A DNA stretch of 63,193 nucleotides from NCBI GenBank assembly GCA_009602725.1, contig WELB01000001.1, positions 935,453-998,645 on the forward strand. Reading direction: 5' to 3'. The notes under the pieces were generated by a model. It was not told the DNA's origin, made no database searches, and saw nothing but the letters and a program-made list of their open reading frames with translations. How positions within the stretch are numbered: the first letter of the stretch is position 1; every line of letters starts with the position of its first letter. This document shows, piece by piece, positions 38,801 through 52,040 of the stretch. The translations under genes were made by a program, and so were the position numbers. The stretch is from Spirogloea muscicola (Eukaryota).

Positions 38801-39533
38801 GGTTGCAGAGTAAGGGTTCGTAGGCAACAATTGGGAAGCTTCGTGGTTCCCAACAATGGCATCTGCTTCAGTCTCTCCGTAAACCTCGTCTGCAAAACAG
38901 CACAATAGTAGTGTCAACCCCAGGAAAGAGGAAGTCAAGCTTGATTAGAAAAGAGTGTGCTGGAGAAGGAGTTGTATACGTTCTGTGCCCTGCCATTGAC
39001 GACAGAGTCTTTGTCGATATGGACCTGTGCTGACGTGAATGAATCTTCTGATGGCAGGTGCAGAGACTTTGCATGCCTCCAGCAGCACATGAGTACCGTA
39101 GATATTGTTCTTGGTGAATTCGAAACTGCAAGGATAGAAACAGTCATCAGAGCGTGCAACGCACCAGTATGACATGCTTGGAATGCTAGAGATTCTCATC
39201 AATTGGCTTGTAGGATATGGTGTCAGACCTATTCCCGAATGAGTTGTCGACATGAGTCTGGGCCGCGAAGTGCATGATGGTGTCGATTTTCTCGGTGAGC
39301 AGGACGTAGTTGACGAGGTCAGCGCTGGCAATGTCGCCTTTGACAAACTTGAAGTTAGGATGACGGAAGCAGTCCTCGAGGTTCTTGAGGCTGGAGCAGT
39401 AGTCCAGCTTGTCCAGCACCACGATCTTGCACTGCGGGTACTTCTTGACCAGCCGGTTGGCGACATGCGAGGCGATGAAGCCGGCGGCGCCGGTGATGAG
39501 GATCGTCCGCGGCGTGTACGCCTGCTCGGCCAT
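35896..39533 (-). CDS. RHM: Trifunctional UDP-L-rhamnose synthase (UDP-glucose 4,6-dehydratase / 3,5-epimerase / 4-reductase)
   Basis: YTPRTILITGAAGFIASHVANRL, HFAAQTHVDNSFGN, PTNPYSATKAGAEM, NNVYGPQQFPEKLIPKF, KFLIYGKTGWIGGLLG, LRVRMPI, SLIKYVYEPN. Confidence 0.97.
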
Positions 39534-40690
39534 CCCGGCTGCAGCAGGGGGTTCGCCAACAAGGGCGCGAACGAGCGCGGCGAGCGAGCCGGCGGGCTCG
39601 CGGGAGGACAAGGCCTTGGAAGCCGCGCCCGCAGGGCAACGCGAGGCGGCCGCCGCTGAGGGGGNGGCGACCTCGGGGGGGGGAGGGAGTGTGCAGTAAA
39701 GAGGGGACGGCTGGTGGCGGCGCCGGGGAGGAGGGAGGGAGGGAGGGAGGAGGGAGGGCGCCCCGCCCGCGGCGCGCCAGCCCGCCCTAGCACCCCCCTC
39801 CTCCCGCACCCCCCTCCTCCCAACGGCACGCTCTCGCCCCCGGCCCGGCAGTTGGCGCCATCCCAGGGAGGCTCGGAATCCGCTGTCGCGTTATTACACC
39901 GCTGGCCCCGCCGGGGCCGTCGAATCCGACGCCCGGCCCGTTGGCTATGTGTCGCCAAACGGGGCCGAGGGACCCCCCCTCCCGGGGGGAGACCGCGGGC
40001 TGGGGCTCCCTAAACTCGCCCGGGATGCTGGATTCCGTTGCCAAGGCAGGGACGGAAACAAGGATAAGGCCCACCGGGGTGCGAGAGCACGCCGAACGGG
40101 TCGGAGCGAACGGAGATAGTCCTCTGCGTGTATTTGTTCCCTGCCGGCTGTTTGGCGCGACGCAGCCCAGAGCTCTGCAGACCCAAACCAGGGGGCCCCG
40201 CAGAGGATTGGCGGGACCTCCCCCCGGCCTTCTGGACGGGACACCCCCGCCCGCCTTCGCCGCTGCTGCCTTTTGAGGCGCCGTTCTGATGCCACTAAAT
40301 GCCACGTCAAGGCCACGTTGGCACTTGTGTGGCTGCGGACTCAGCTCCACGTCGGCAATAGTACCGAGGGTCGCGTTGCCACGTCGGCCCTCTCACCGCG
40401 GCCATTGAAGCTCGCCCGAGCGCCTTGCCCCTCTCGCCGCCACCCTCGCCTCCGCCGCCGCAGCTGCCGCGGCCACAGCGCGCCAACCCTGGCGGCCTCG
40501 GCTGCAGCACGCTTGCAAGCTGTGCCATTTCGTCGAGCTGCTGCGCTGCTCGGCACATTGCCTACATTCATTCGACGACCGATTGCTGCCGGCCAAGCCG
40601 CTCTTGCTGTGCCCTCACGTACGAGCCGGAGACACGGCCTGTGTGGCCCGCTTTCAGTCAGAGGCTCCACGATGGATGTAGCTGCTAGCC

Positions 40691-41830
40691 ATGGTGGATG
40701 AGGTTGCAAATTCGATAGCGGTCAGGCCAACAAGGAGCCTGTACAGGAGGCAGGGACTCGTGTGAGAGCTCAACACTTCGGTGTCCGTGGCTGGAGGCTC
40801 TAGCGATAACCAAGTACGAGGACACCGGGGAAGTTTTCAGCGTAGGCCTGCAGGAGGCTGTCTCTGGCTCCGCTTAGTCGAGGTACTGCTATCCTACAGC
40901 AGCATCAGCATGAAGGATGACAGCAACTTGCTGGAAGATGGGCATAAAGCAACGCTGCTGACAACAGAGCCCAGCAGCCGGGCTCAAGACTTGTTCTCTT
41001 TCTTGACTGGTGTCGTTGAGGACGTGAGATTCCCACCACCTTCCACAACTTCCACATCCTGCACAAGGCTTCAGTCTGTCCTCCCTGCTCACACTTTCTT
41101 AGCGGACTACTTCAGCTGCGCTAAGCACTTGACATATGACATGTGTAATGTAGACTGCAGCATTTGGTCATGGGTGGCCAGGTCTTACCCGCCTACCTTC
41201 TCATTTCCCTCTCTGCTTTATCTTCTTGAAGCCATTGCTGCTGCTTGACTGCCCTGCTTCAGATGGAGGGTGCAACGGGGCATATTGATTTGGAGTTGAG
41301 ATCCAAGATTGAGGCTCTCAAAGTAGAGACAAGACGATTACCAGACCCCTCCAGCTTCCAGATGAATGAGGTCCTCCTTCAATCTTTCCAATCAGTGCAT
41401 CAATATGTCATGTTCCTTGAGCTCGCAGTGAAATTGCTCAGGGTGTCAGTACGCCTATCAAGCATCGTGAAAAGGGTGGCTCAGCTTAATCTCTTATGTG
41501 CTTGCTGCATGTACTGAGAACCAGCGAATATGCTCCTTTTCCTCTCACTTGTGCTTCAGCTGGAACAGCAGATGAAGCTCCACTCATATATGCTTGGCGG
41601 CTGAGAATACTGATGCCTTCTCATCCTGCACTGAACAGCTGGAGTTGGCCAGCCGCTTGGATCAACTGGAGCAGCGTTTAGTATCGCTAGACAGGAAAAT
41701 CAGCACCGTTACATCTGATGCTCTGGTCACTGACATCCTAAAAGACAGCTCCAACCTCTGGCTTCCTGTAATAACTGCTGATGCCCAGCAGCGGCGCAGT
41801 AATTCTGCTGGGGGGAGCTCACATTCTTGA
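40691..41830 (+). CDS. Conserved uncharacterised plant-type coiled-coil protein; start uncertain
   Basis: Exons join in phase: AQDLFSFLT... | MEGATGHIDLELRSKIEALKVETRRLP... | LELASRLDQLEQRL...ILKDSSNLWLPVITADAQQRR; resembles a recalled plant family ending in W.PVITA...RR. Confidence 0.6.
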
Positions 41831-42412
41831 CAGATTTTGAATGTTTGGTATAGCTGATGACTAGATTGATGATTGTAGTACTTAGCGTTCACATTAGTAT
41901 GCTGGTACTATCAGCTCGTTGACATGATTGTGATGGCTGAGAGATTGGGTGCTGTGTTGCATGTACTAGCTGCTCTTTTTGCAGTTATTGCTTGCAGTGC
42001 AGCGGAAGTGCCTCCGGACTGTTGAGCAGGTTTGGCATTTGGGCGTGCACAGGTCTCAGTGCTTGCCACATAGTTTATGTAGAGGTGCCCTCACTGCTCC
42101 GTGCAGTCAAGAAGGCGGAGCAGGTTGCTGATTGCCCCTTTAGATGTGAGATGGAGCAGTTGGTAGTAGATCACAGAAGTACCATATCTAGATTAAGCCA
42201 TTGACATCGTCGAATTTGTGAACCCTGCGAGGGCCCAATTCAGCAGAGCTGTCAAATTCTGCTCTCGCAAAGCCCCTTCCCCCGCCAACCCCCCCGCCCT
42301 GTTAGTGACCACTTGCTGTAAATGGCCAGCGTGTGAGAGAGTTTACAGTGGTGTCCAGGCGTGCAGATGGCGAATATCTGTTGTTGTGAGGTTGCCACAC
42401 TGGCAAGAAGTT

Positions 42413-42415
<3 letters not shown>

Positions 42416-42452
<37 letters not shown>
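42416..42452. repeat. (AG)n microsatellite
   Basis: Direct reading. Confidence 0.95.
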
Positions 42453-42456
<4 letters not shown>

Positions 42457-43187
42457 ACTTACTCTAGCAAAGAGAGAGGTTGGCAAGTGGGACTAAGCCA
42501 ATAGGAAATAATGAGACGAGAGTGACGGTGCACAATGCACAAAATTGAAAGGGAGACAGAATCAGCCAATATATTTTGTTGGCAAAAGCTAGTGCAAAGA
42601 AAGGGGCTACACAAAGCAAAGCCCTTTGTCAAGGGAGGCTAAGGAGCAGTGCGATAGCCGGCTGTAGGCCGACTTCAGTATCACAAGTAAGCTCATATGG
42701 ATCCAACAGGTCAACTACAAAGCGGCAGCTCGAAGAAACAGCACTTCCAATGTAAGGCAGTGGCATTGAGTGGCGAGCCCAAAGACTGTGCAAGCTTTGA
42801 GGGCCCATGCTCGGAGCGCAGGGCCTGGCAAGACAAGATGTACATGTTCTTCCGCCCTCTCCTGGAAGCGTCATTTCTCCGAAAGGCGGGAGAAGAGGCT
42901 GTGAAAGGCCAGGCCGGAAAGTGGCAAACGAGCAGGCAGGAACGCAGAGGATCGCACAGGCCACGTGAGGCCACTTGAGGAGGGAGGGCGGAGGCGTGGG
43001 GCAGGGGCCCGGCAAGTTATTGATGAGAAGCCGGGGAGAGGGAGGGCGGGCGGCGGGGAGGGGGGGGAGGCCCCCGGCAATCAGGGCAGCCAAGGGCTCC
43101 CCCCCCCCACTCGCGAAACCATCAGTGATCATTGCCCTCAGCGCGCACAGGCCAGGCCGCCGCCGCCGCCGCTGCCGCNGGCCGGCC

Positions 43188-45899
43188 ATGGCGCTGTCGC
43201 TGGCCAGGGCGGCGGCGCGGCGGGCGCGGGCGCATCTGGGGAGCGTGCTGCCGACGCCGGCCCCCGCTGCGGCGACCAGATCCGTCAGCTACATGCCCAG
43301 GTCTGCTCCGGCCGGGCCCCGCCTGCGTGACGCGGCCAGCTTGCGCTCCGCGCGCCGCTTTCCTCTGCTCTCCGCGAGCTGATGCCGGCTTCGCCGTGAC
43401 GCCAGGCCCGGCGACGGGGCCCCGCGGGCCGTGACGCTGCTCCCTGGTGACGGCATTGGGCCGCTCGTCACCGCCTCGGTCGTCGAGGTGCACAATACTC
43501 CTTCGCCGCGATCGTTGACGATTTCCAGGCTTGACGCATCGGCATGTAGGAGCTGGTGCTCCTGACGTGAGTGCAGGCTCACTCTAGTAGTCCAAATGTT
43601 GGCCGGTGCGGGAGCTTAAAGTGGCGGCATCGCTGGTACCTGCAGGTCTTCAGCGCAATGCACGCGCCGGTCTACTTCGAGTCGTTCGAGATCAGTGGGA
43701 GGATGTCCCACGTTCCTCAGGAGGTCATTCAGTCCATACACACGAACAAAGTTGCTCTCAAGGTCAGCCTCAGAAGCTTGGGTTATCGGTCGGTGCCTGG
43801 ACTGTGGTGCCGACGGAGCGGTCTGTCCTTGTCAGCAATAGCCTTATGACATATCTCAGGCGTTCAAAGGGTATATTGGAGAACAGGAAGTTAGAGTCAA
43901 TAGTGAATGACATTACGAAAATGGCCTGAAGTACTCGTAGGACAGCACAACAGCAGCATCCTGCAATCTTTGCCAGCATGTTTTCTTGTCAGGTTTTACC
44001 TTTCTTGGTATCTCGTCAACTTGCAGTAGAGGCAATATGTGTGGTTGGATACAAGCTGTACTGATGCAGCTTGTAGTTAACGGGCAGAAGCTCCTTTCCT
44101 GGACGGGGGAGCTTGTCTTGTTTGGACGATGAAGCAGTCAGGGCGCCCTTCGTCTGGCTCCGTGGTGCTCCCCAAGGACAACATGTCTAAGTAGCTAAGA
44201 TTGGTCTTTGTTCTCGATTGCAGGGAGGCTTAGCGACACCCGTGGGAGGTGGAGTCAGCTCCCTAAATGTGCAACTGCGGAAAGACCTTGACCTTTTTGC
44301 GAGTCTGGCGCATTGCGTGAACTTGCCAGGCCTGAAGACGCGGCACGAGGGTGTAGATATTGTGGTCATCCGTGAGAACACAGAAGGCGAGTATGCAGGA
44401 TTGGAGCACGAGGTGGTGCCTGGGGTGGTGGAAAGCCTCAAGGTACCCAGCGCAACAGCGTTGACTGTAAATCCTTGTCTTCCCTTCTACCACCTGGTTC
44501 TAGCATGCAGATGATAGTTGGGCAATGGCATACGGCAATAGCAGATGGCATGAAGCTTTCACAGAGAAGGCATTTGGTCTGCTGCTTCAACGGCCACCCG
44601 CACAAGATGCCATCTGCACAGGCCTTTCATAAGCCCATTGAGTCAGTACTTTGCAGCCTGCCTCAAATCATAATTTGCAGTCGTGCTGGTGATCACACTG
44701 TCTGTGTCAAGTGCGAGCAGGTCAATAGCGGGAAGATTTCTGAGTTTGTTATGAGCTGTTTGTCTGTTTGTCTGTTTGTCTGTGCAGGTCATTACCAAGT
44801 TCTGCTCTGAGAGGATCGCAAAGTATGCATTTGAGTATGCGTACCTCAATAATCGGAAGGCTGTGACGGCTGTCCATAAGGCCAACATCATGAAGCTCGC
44901 TGATGGGCTCTTCCTGGAGTCTTGTCGAGAGGTGGCCAAGAACTACCCAAGCATAAAGTACAACGAAGTTATCGTGGACAACTGCTGCATGCAGCTTGTC
45001 TCCAGACCTGAGCAATTCGATGTTATGGTGAGGTTAGCTGGTACCCATTCCTCCCCAGGCAGTCCTGCAGTTGACAATTATCAGTAGAACCTTTGCAGCT
45101 ATCTTGGCAATGCTTAGGTCAACTCTTGCAGCATGTTGGCAGCAATGCAGTCATGAATGAGATACCAATGGTGAAAATGAAGACGCGCTCCATGACAGCA
45201 ATTAGACAAGAAACTCATCTGATATTATGTATGACGATTTTCATAAGTATGATTGCTCTTCATACCGCCTCAGTGCAGCTTCAGGCCTGGCCTGGTTATA
45301 CTGACAAGCCTTAGCTCTTCTGTCTCTTCTCAGGTGACGCCCAACTTGTACGGCAACCTAGTCGCAAACGTGGCGGCTGGAATAGCTGGAGGCACGGGAA
45401 TCATGCCCGGTGGTAAGTACTTTGGTCCACCCATGAGCACGTGCTGAAAAGGTATTCAGATAGACTGTCATCTACAGTAACAAGTCGCGTATACCATTCA
45501 GCATTGCATCCTCCAAATCTGACCAAGTAATGCTCCTAGGCACCACGCCTCAAGAAGTCTGTAAACTCAAATATGTCAAGGAGACTCCATTGACATTTTG
45601 TTGCTGGCTTTCAATGAAATGCAGGTAACGTGGGCATGGATTATGCAGTATTTGAGCAGGGGGCGTCAGCAGGCAATGTCGGCAACCAGAAGCTGGTGGA
45701 GCAGAAAAGTGCCAACCCTGTTGCGCTCCTGCTCTCCTCTGCCATGATGCTGCGGCATTTGCAGTTCCCAAGCTTTGCTGACCGCCTAGAGAAGGCCGTC
45801 ATGGCTGTCATGGAGGAGGGCGTGTATCGGACTAAGGACCTGGGCGGCAGCTCAACGACGCAGGAGATGACGGACGCCATCATCTCCAAGATTTCCTAG
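43188..45899 (+). CDS. IDH1: Mitochondrial NAD-dependent isocitrate dehydrogenase regulatory subunit
   Basis: Presequence, [88 protein letters not shown]. Confidence 0.96.
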
Positions 45900-46543
45900 T
45901 CTTTTGCCCCCATGTGAACCTCTGTGCAGCAAGGCAAGTCTTCTGCTGTAAAATCCTGTCCGACAAAGCGGCTATCACTCATAGATCTTGGATAGGACCT
46001 ACCCATTGACCGATCCTGCGCAGGGTGCCTGGCATGATATCCAATCTATCTCTAGCCCCCAGTCAGCAGGTCAACTTAAGGAGATCAGCAGCGGCGTGTC
46101 GTGTAAATGCATACCGCTGTGCCATCAGTACGTTGAGACAAGGCATCCATCCGTGCAGAGTGGATGATCCTAAAGCACTGCCCAGTGTCATCATGGCAAT
46201 CAAATGCACCAATGCACCCAAGTGCAACTACGATGGCAACCTGCAGGGCCATGCTGTTTGTAGGCCTCCTCCTCGCCAGATGACTATGCTGCATAAGAAC
46301 CAGGTGGCTGGCCATGGCAGGCGGCTGCAGAGCGCCCAAGCCTAACTCCTCCCCTCCCCATGAACAATTTACAGAGCAGCCATTGGAGGCTGATGCGCGG
46401 GAGCATGCGCTGCGAAGCTACTGGATGACACAGTAGCTTTGCAGCTTGCATTGGGGCGCAGCAGGGAGGCCAGGCTGTGTGCAGACTATCTTTACCATTC
46501 TGGGCAAGAGGACCTATCAAGAGACAGCAGACAAGGGAGGTTC

Positions 46544-49500
46544 TTAAGCGAGGTAGCGGTAGAGTTTGCGGTCACTCCGATCGCGCTCCAGGAACTCCCG
46601 CTCGATCAGGCTCTCTATCCGCTTCTTGATGACCGCCGGGTTTGGCATGAAGCGAGCCTGCAACAAGGCAAGCAAAACAAGGTGCAGAAGGGAGCTCTTA
46701 TGCACCTTGGGATACCAGCAATCACACCACAGCCTTATCTGGACATAGATCTCGCCTGGCGGCAATATGCACTATAGTAAGACATGCAGTATCTTGAGAC
46801 ATGACTGAACTCCGCCACACTCGAAGCAGATGACCAGCACTTGCAACACATCGTATGCAGCCCTGCACTGCCCGGGCCCTCTCTGTGCTGCACCTGAAGC
46901 TGCTTCGTGACCTCAGAGATGATATTGTTATGGTCCAGGACACGCCGCGACTTCATTATCCGCACGATTGCAGCCTCAATCTGTGGCTTGCGGTCCTCCT
47001 CGACCTTCTGCCGCGTCTCCTGCTTCTCTGGCTCCGTCTCCTTCTGGGCCGCCACCGTTCCAATTTTCACCTGCGACATAAGTTGCCCAAGCCAGTAGAT
47101 GAACGCACGTCCCTGCTTTCAACTTGCAGTTGATGCTAGTAAGTACAAGGCAGGCAATGACAGTTAAAAAAGAGCATGTGGTAGCGAAGAACCTTGTAAA
47201 ATTTGCTTGTAAACTTGTCGTTGAAGACGAACTCGTCATCCTCAATGATCTCCTTGCTCATTGGCTCCTTGCGAAGCACGTTCTTGCCCTTGACGCATGC
47301 CAATGACTGCAGGTTGCGCTTGAGGTCAGCGGCAGGGATGTCGGTGGCTGCCTCTATCTCCCGGTATGTCAGCCGATCAGCGCTGTTGAACAGCATCAGG
47401 ATGCACATCTGCGCAGCCAAGCCGGAAGAGAACGGAGAGAGCAGGGAGGAGAGAGGGGGGGAGGGGGGAAACTTTGAGCTCATCCGTTTCGCCTGCCAGC
47501 TTCATGAACACTCGCAGCGAGCACTGGGCTAACATGACCTGCCTCAATGAAGGTCCTCGTGCTGCGACCCTGGAGCCAGCACCAAACCCCAAACCCAAGA
47601 CTCGCTTCCTGTAAAAAATAAAATCGAGCTTCCTCCTCATAATCAGTTGCAACAGTCTGAAAGAACCTGGTATGTGGACACGTTGAGCTCGTGCTTGGCG
47701 TCGGCGCCAAACGTGGCCTTCAGATCTGCAGTGCCCATGTTGGCCTGCCATGTCAGCCGCCGCCCCGTGTGCGTTGACAAGTAGTATGCCCGGAAGCGGT
47801 CACACACGCCAAGGATGTCAGCAGGCAGGTTGCACCGCGCGCCCGCTTGTGTCGGCCATGACCCCGTCGTCAGCACCTGTACTGCCAACCCAGGCTCGTC
47901 GTTGCCACCGGGACCGCCATCAGCCAGCGCGGCCAGGAAGCCCTGCATCGTGTCGCGCGACGTCTTCATGTCTGTGAACATGCCCTCCAGCTTGCTTGTG
48001 AACTGGTACCCGCACTCGGTCTTGAGTTTCACAATGAGGCTGCGCTCCGCGTCGTCTGACACCGTGCGGCCCGACAGCAGCCGCTTGGCCAGGTGCTGCT
48101 TGTAGTACTTCTCAAACACGTCCTTCTCCTGGAGGTACCGGAACAGCATCATGACCTGCGGCGCCGCCGCCACCGGCGAGTCAGAGGCGCAACGGCAGTG
48201 GCGCAGCAATTTGGTTCACATGATACGCTTGGCAGCAGCGATGGGGCTGCACGTTCGTCCTAGCACAGCCTGGGGCGTATCAGCAAGAGAGGGAGAGTGA
48301 GAGGTGAGAGAGGGAGGACACATCAATGTAGGAAAAGGAGGCGGAGAGAGGGGCGAATTGGGACGGGAGGGTGGAGGAGGTAAACAGTCAACTGAAGTAA
48401 CGTTTTGGAGGGAAGGAGACAAGCCGCACACACCTTGTCAAGGACGGTCTCGACGTCCTCCTCGCTGAAGCCCTTGAGGCCCTTGCGCAGCTTGTCGTCG
48501 ACGAAGAGCGAGATGAACTCGGGCGAGCGCGGGTTGAGGTTGATGAAGTGCTCGAACGCGGAGTTGAGGGCGTTCTGGAATGTCTTGTCGTTCGCCAGCG
48601 GGCCGCCCACGAGCCGGTCGTACTTGTCCTTCTCCTCCAGCAGGCGCTGCACGAACTCCACGGGGTCCTTGGCGCGGTCCGGGTCGGTCATGAGCTGCCG
48701 CCCGGTCTCACGCAGGTGGCCCGCCATGACGTCGCGCACGATCTGGAGGCCGCCGGGCACGCGGCGGAAGAGCGTGTACATGCGCGCGAGGTCGTCCGTC
48801 TTGTCGTCCAGCAGCATCGACACGAGGCCGCTGTTGGCCATCTCGACGAGCAGCCGCTTGTGGTTGCCGATCATCTCCGCCTCCACGACCGCTGTGATCT
48901 TGGGCTCCGTCTTCACGTCCAGGTAGTGCGACACGCGGTCGATCTCCTCGTTCAGCCGCGCCTCCGCGCGCTTGAGATAGTCCGCGCAGTCGCACGTGCG
49001 CAGGAACTCCTGTGCTTCCACATTGTAGAACGCTGCCGCCGACTCCAGGAATGGCTTCTCAAAGTCCTCCTGGACCCAGAAGAGAGTGAAGTAGGCCAGG
49101 GGAAGGAGGGATGCAGCCAAGGAGAAGAGGAGTTAGGCTAGAGAGGGAGAAAGGAGGGAGGGAGGGAGTGAGAGGATGGCTAGAGAGAAGGAAAGAGAGC
49201 TAAAGGATATGAGAAAGAGAGCTGTGTAGAGGAGAGAGAGAGAAAGAAAGAGAGAGGGAGAGACAGCCAGCAGAGACAGCCAGCATCACAAGTGCAGCGA
49301 AGCCCAGCGCTTGCACGAGCATTCGGCCGGCATCTGCAGCAGCGACGTCGGTGGCAGCGGCGGCAGGGGGGGCGCTCTTCAACCTGGTAGACGCTGGGCC
49401 CGAGGTCGGCGAGCATCTTGGTGGCGGAGCGCATGAGGTAGCGGTTGATGACCTCGCCCCGCCGCTCCGCGTGCACGAGGCCGAGCAGCGTGGAGCGCAG

Positions 49501-49802
49501 GCGGTCGCGGATGGGCGGCGCGCGCACGACGTGGTCGCGCCACAGCGCCAGCCCGAGCTCGTGCACCGGCGCCTTGTTCTGGTTGGCCACGAACGTGCGG
49601 TCCATGTACATGAGGATGTCGCGCACCATCTGCAGCGACTTGCCGTGGTCCACCCACCGCGCGTCCAGCTCCTCCAGGAAGCGGCCCTCCGCCGCCTCCA
49701 CCTCGCGCGCCGTGCGCTGCAGGTGCGCCGTCATCGTCGCCACCAGCCCGCTGTACAGCTTCTCGCCGTACTTGTGCAGCACCATGTTGTACGCGTTCCT
49801 GC
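46544..49802 (-). CDS. CUL3: Cullin-3; first exon in the N gap
   Basis: [75 protein letters not shown] (neddylation site), KLYRYLA*. Confidence 0.97.
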
Positions 49803-50773
49803 NNNNNNNNNNNNNNNNNNNNNNNNNNNNNNNNNNNNNNNNNNNNNNNNNNNNNNNNNNNNNNNNNNNNNNNNNNNNNNNNNNNNNNNNNNNNNNNNNN
49901 NNNNNNNNNNNNNNNNNNNNNNNNNNNNNNNNNNNNNNNNNNNNNNNNNNNNNNNNNNNNNNNNNNNNNNNNNNNNNNNNNNNNNNNNNNNNNNNNNNNN
50001 NNNNNNNNNNNNNNNNNNNNNNNNNNNNNNNNNNNNNNNNNNNNNNNNNNNNNNNNNNNNNNNNNNNNNNNNNNNNNNNNNNNNNNNNNNNNNNNNNNNN
50101 NNNNNNNNNNNNNNNNNNNNNNNNNNNNNNNNNNNNNNNNNNNNNNNNNNNNNNNNNNNNNNNNNNNNNNNNNNNNNNNNNNNNNNNNNNNNNNNNNNNN
50201 NNNNNNNNNNNNNNNNNNNNNNNNNNNNNNNNNNNNNNNNNNNNNNNNNNNNNNNNNNNNNNNNNNNNNNNNNNNNNNTGACGCTCGAATACCGGACGGC
50301 AATTGACTAGCTCTTGTGCCAGCAGCTAAGGCTCGACCAGCTTTCTGATGCAGAGCATACGCCTGAGCTCGTTGCAGACAGGTTGACAGCCCAGGGGGAG
50401 GTTTGCGAGCATGCCAATCGGTTGATGGAGCTGGCGTCAGCCAAGTGGCTGGTGACGTTGGCGCGCCAACCCTCCTCCCCTTTCCCGGCGGACGAAAGGC
50501 GCGACGTGACGGCCGATGCATCCCGTCGTCAGGCTCACCGTCACAGAGACGTTCTGTCGTTGTCTCCCACGACGAAGCGGCAACGTTGATTACCCGTCCC
50601 GTTGACCAACCGTCACCACCAGATTTGCCCTAGCCGCCATCGCGCCGCCGACGCCGACGCCGCCGCGACCGCCGCCGCCTCCGCCGCCGCCGCCGCAACG
50701 GCGCCAAGGCCCGCGAGCGGCGGCCGCCGGGGGGGGGGGCTAGAAGGAAGGCCCAGCCACTTCTGACGACGGA

Positions 50774-50872
50774 AAAGCGGTGCGGGTTTGACGTCGGAGT
50801 TGCCACTTGGGGGAGACGGCGGAAAGCGGTGCGGGTTTGACGTCGGAGTTGCCAGTTGGGGGAGACGGCGGG
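50774..50872 (+). repeat. 49-bp direct tandem duplication containing TGACGTC
   Basis: aaagcggtgcgggtttgacgtcggagttgcca(c/g)ttgggggagacggcgg at 50774 and 50823. Confidence 0.9.
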
Positions 50873-51039
50873 GTCACCCATCCCCCCGCCCGGCGAGTCG
50901 GGCCACGGGGGGCGTGGGGGATGACGGGAGCGCGCACACTTCGCTGGCGCGAGGGGCCGCGTCCTGCAATCACTGGTCTCGGCTTCTCCGAGCCGGCGTC
51001 TCCGGGGATTGCCGCGGCGCTCCTGGGAAACCTTCGTGT

Positions 51040-52040
51040 ACTGTATTCGAAAACAAACGAAGGCCAAACGACGGCCAAGTACAAAGGCAAGCACATCTGA
51101 AGACCTGCATGACCTTCAGCAGATTGACCCGCTCAGTAACCACGGGTCGCTAATCGATGCCTGCATACCAGATGTCAGATACGAAGCCCTTCTGCCACCA
51201 GCTAGAGCTCGCCCAGCTTTCTGGTTGCAGTAGCATTAGCCTGAGCACGCTGCAAACAGGCCGAAACTCGTCAACGCAAGAACGACAGATATGCAGCTGG
51301 CAGGCCCATCTCAGCCGGAAACACATCTGCACGTGGTATGTAGCCGAGATTGGCAATATTCTGAAGGAGAGTGTGGAAACGAGGACCCAACAGCCAAAGA
51401 TGTCTGCCGCTGGCAGGAGCTGATCGCATTGGGGGTAATCGGAGTAACGCTGCAGCTTTCTTTATTCTGCACCGCCGACTGCGTGGCCAGCGATGTGTGT
51501 CGATGCTGGACCTTTATACGCCTCCCTAACAACAACATCGACCAAGGCCCGTGGTCCTCCACCAGATTGCACGCCCACAATATCAAGTGTGCGGCGATGA
51601 TGACGTCTCTGGGCGTCCGTGGTGATAGGCATGACTGACTTCCAGGACCACACGGTAGCCGGCGTCGCGCATCAAGCCTGCCAGGGCATCGTGGAGGAGG
51701 TTGTGGATGTCCACCACTTCTGGTCCAGTGGGACATCTCAGCATGTGAGTGGCGAGCTCAGCACCCTCTGCACGGAAGCCACACTCACACTGGCGCACCT
51801 CAATCAGGCAGGTAGGTGGGAGGCCGAGGAAGAGTTGATGCAACGTCCAAAAGGCCTCGGAGCTGAAGCTGAAGGCGTTGGCGACAGCGTGTGAGGTGAT
51901 CCAGTCGGTGGCACCAGGTGTGGCAAGAGAAGTAAGTCTTGCCAGGCTCCTTGGATTGTTCTGAATCTCTGGCAGCCTCCTCAACCTTCTGCGGCGCTCA
52001 ACTTCCACTGCCGTAACCAGTCTGCACTGTGCCCTTCTAT
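51040..52040 (-). mobile_element. Longest (about 1 kb) 5'-truncated non-LTR retrotransposon copy: CCHC zinc knuckle, restriction-like endonuclease and 3' UTR; frameshifted
   Basis: ARLTSLATPGATDWI...LFLGLP...CECG...HMLRC...IHNLLHDAL...GYRVVLEV, then in shifted frames TLDIV...ALVDVVV, AE*RKLQRYSDYP, CLQRAQANA, ending RGY*. Confidence 0.85.
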
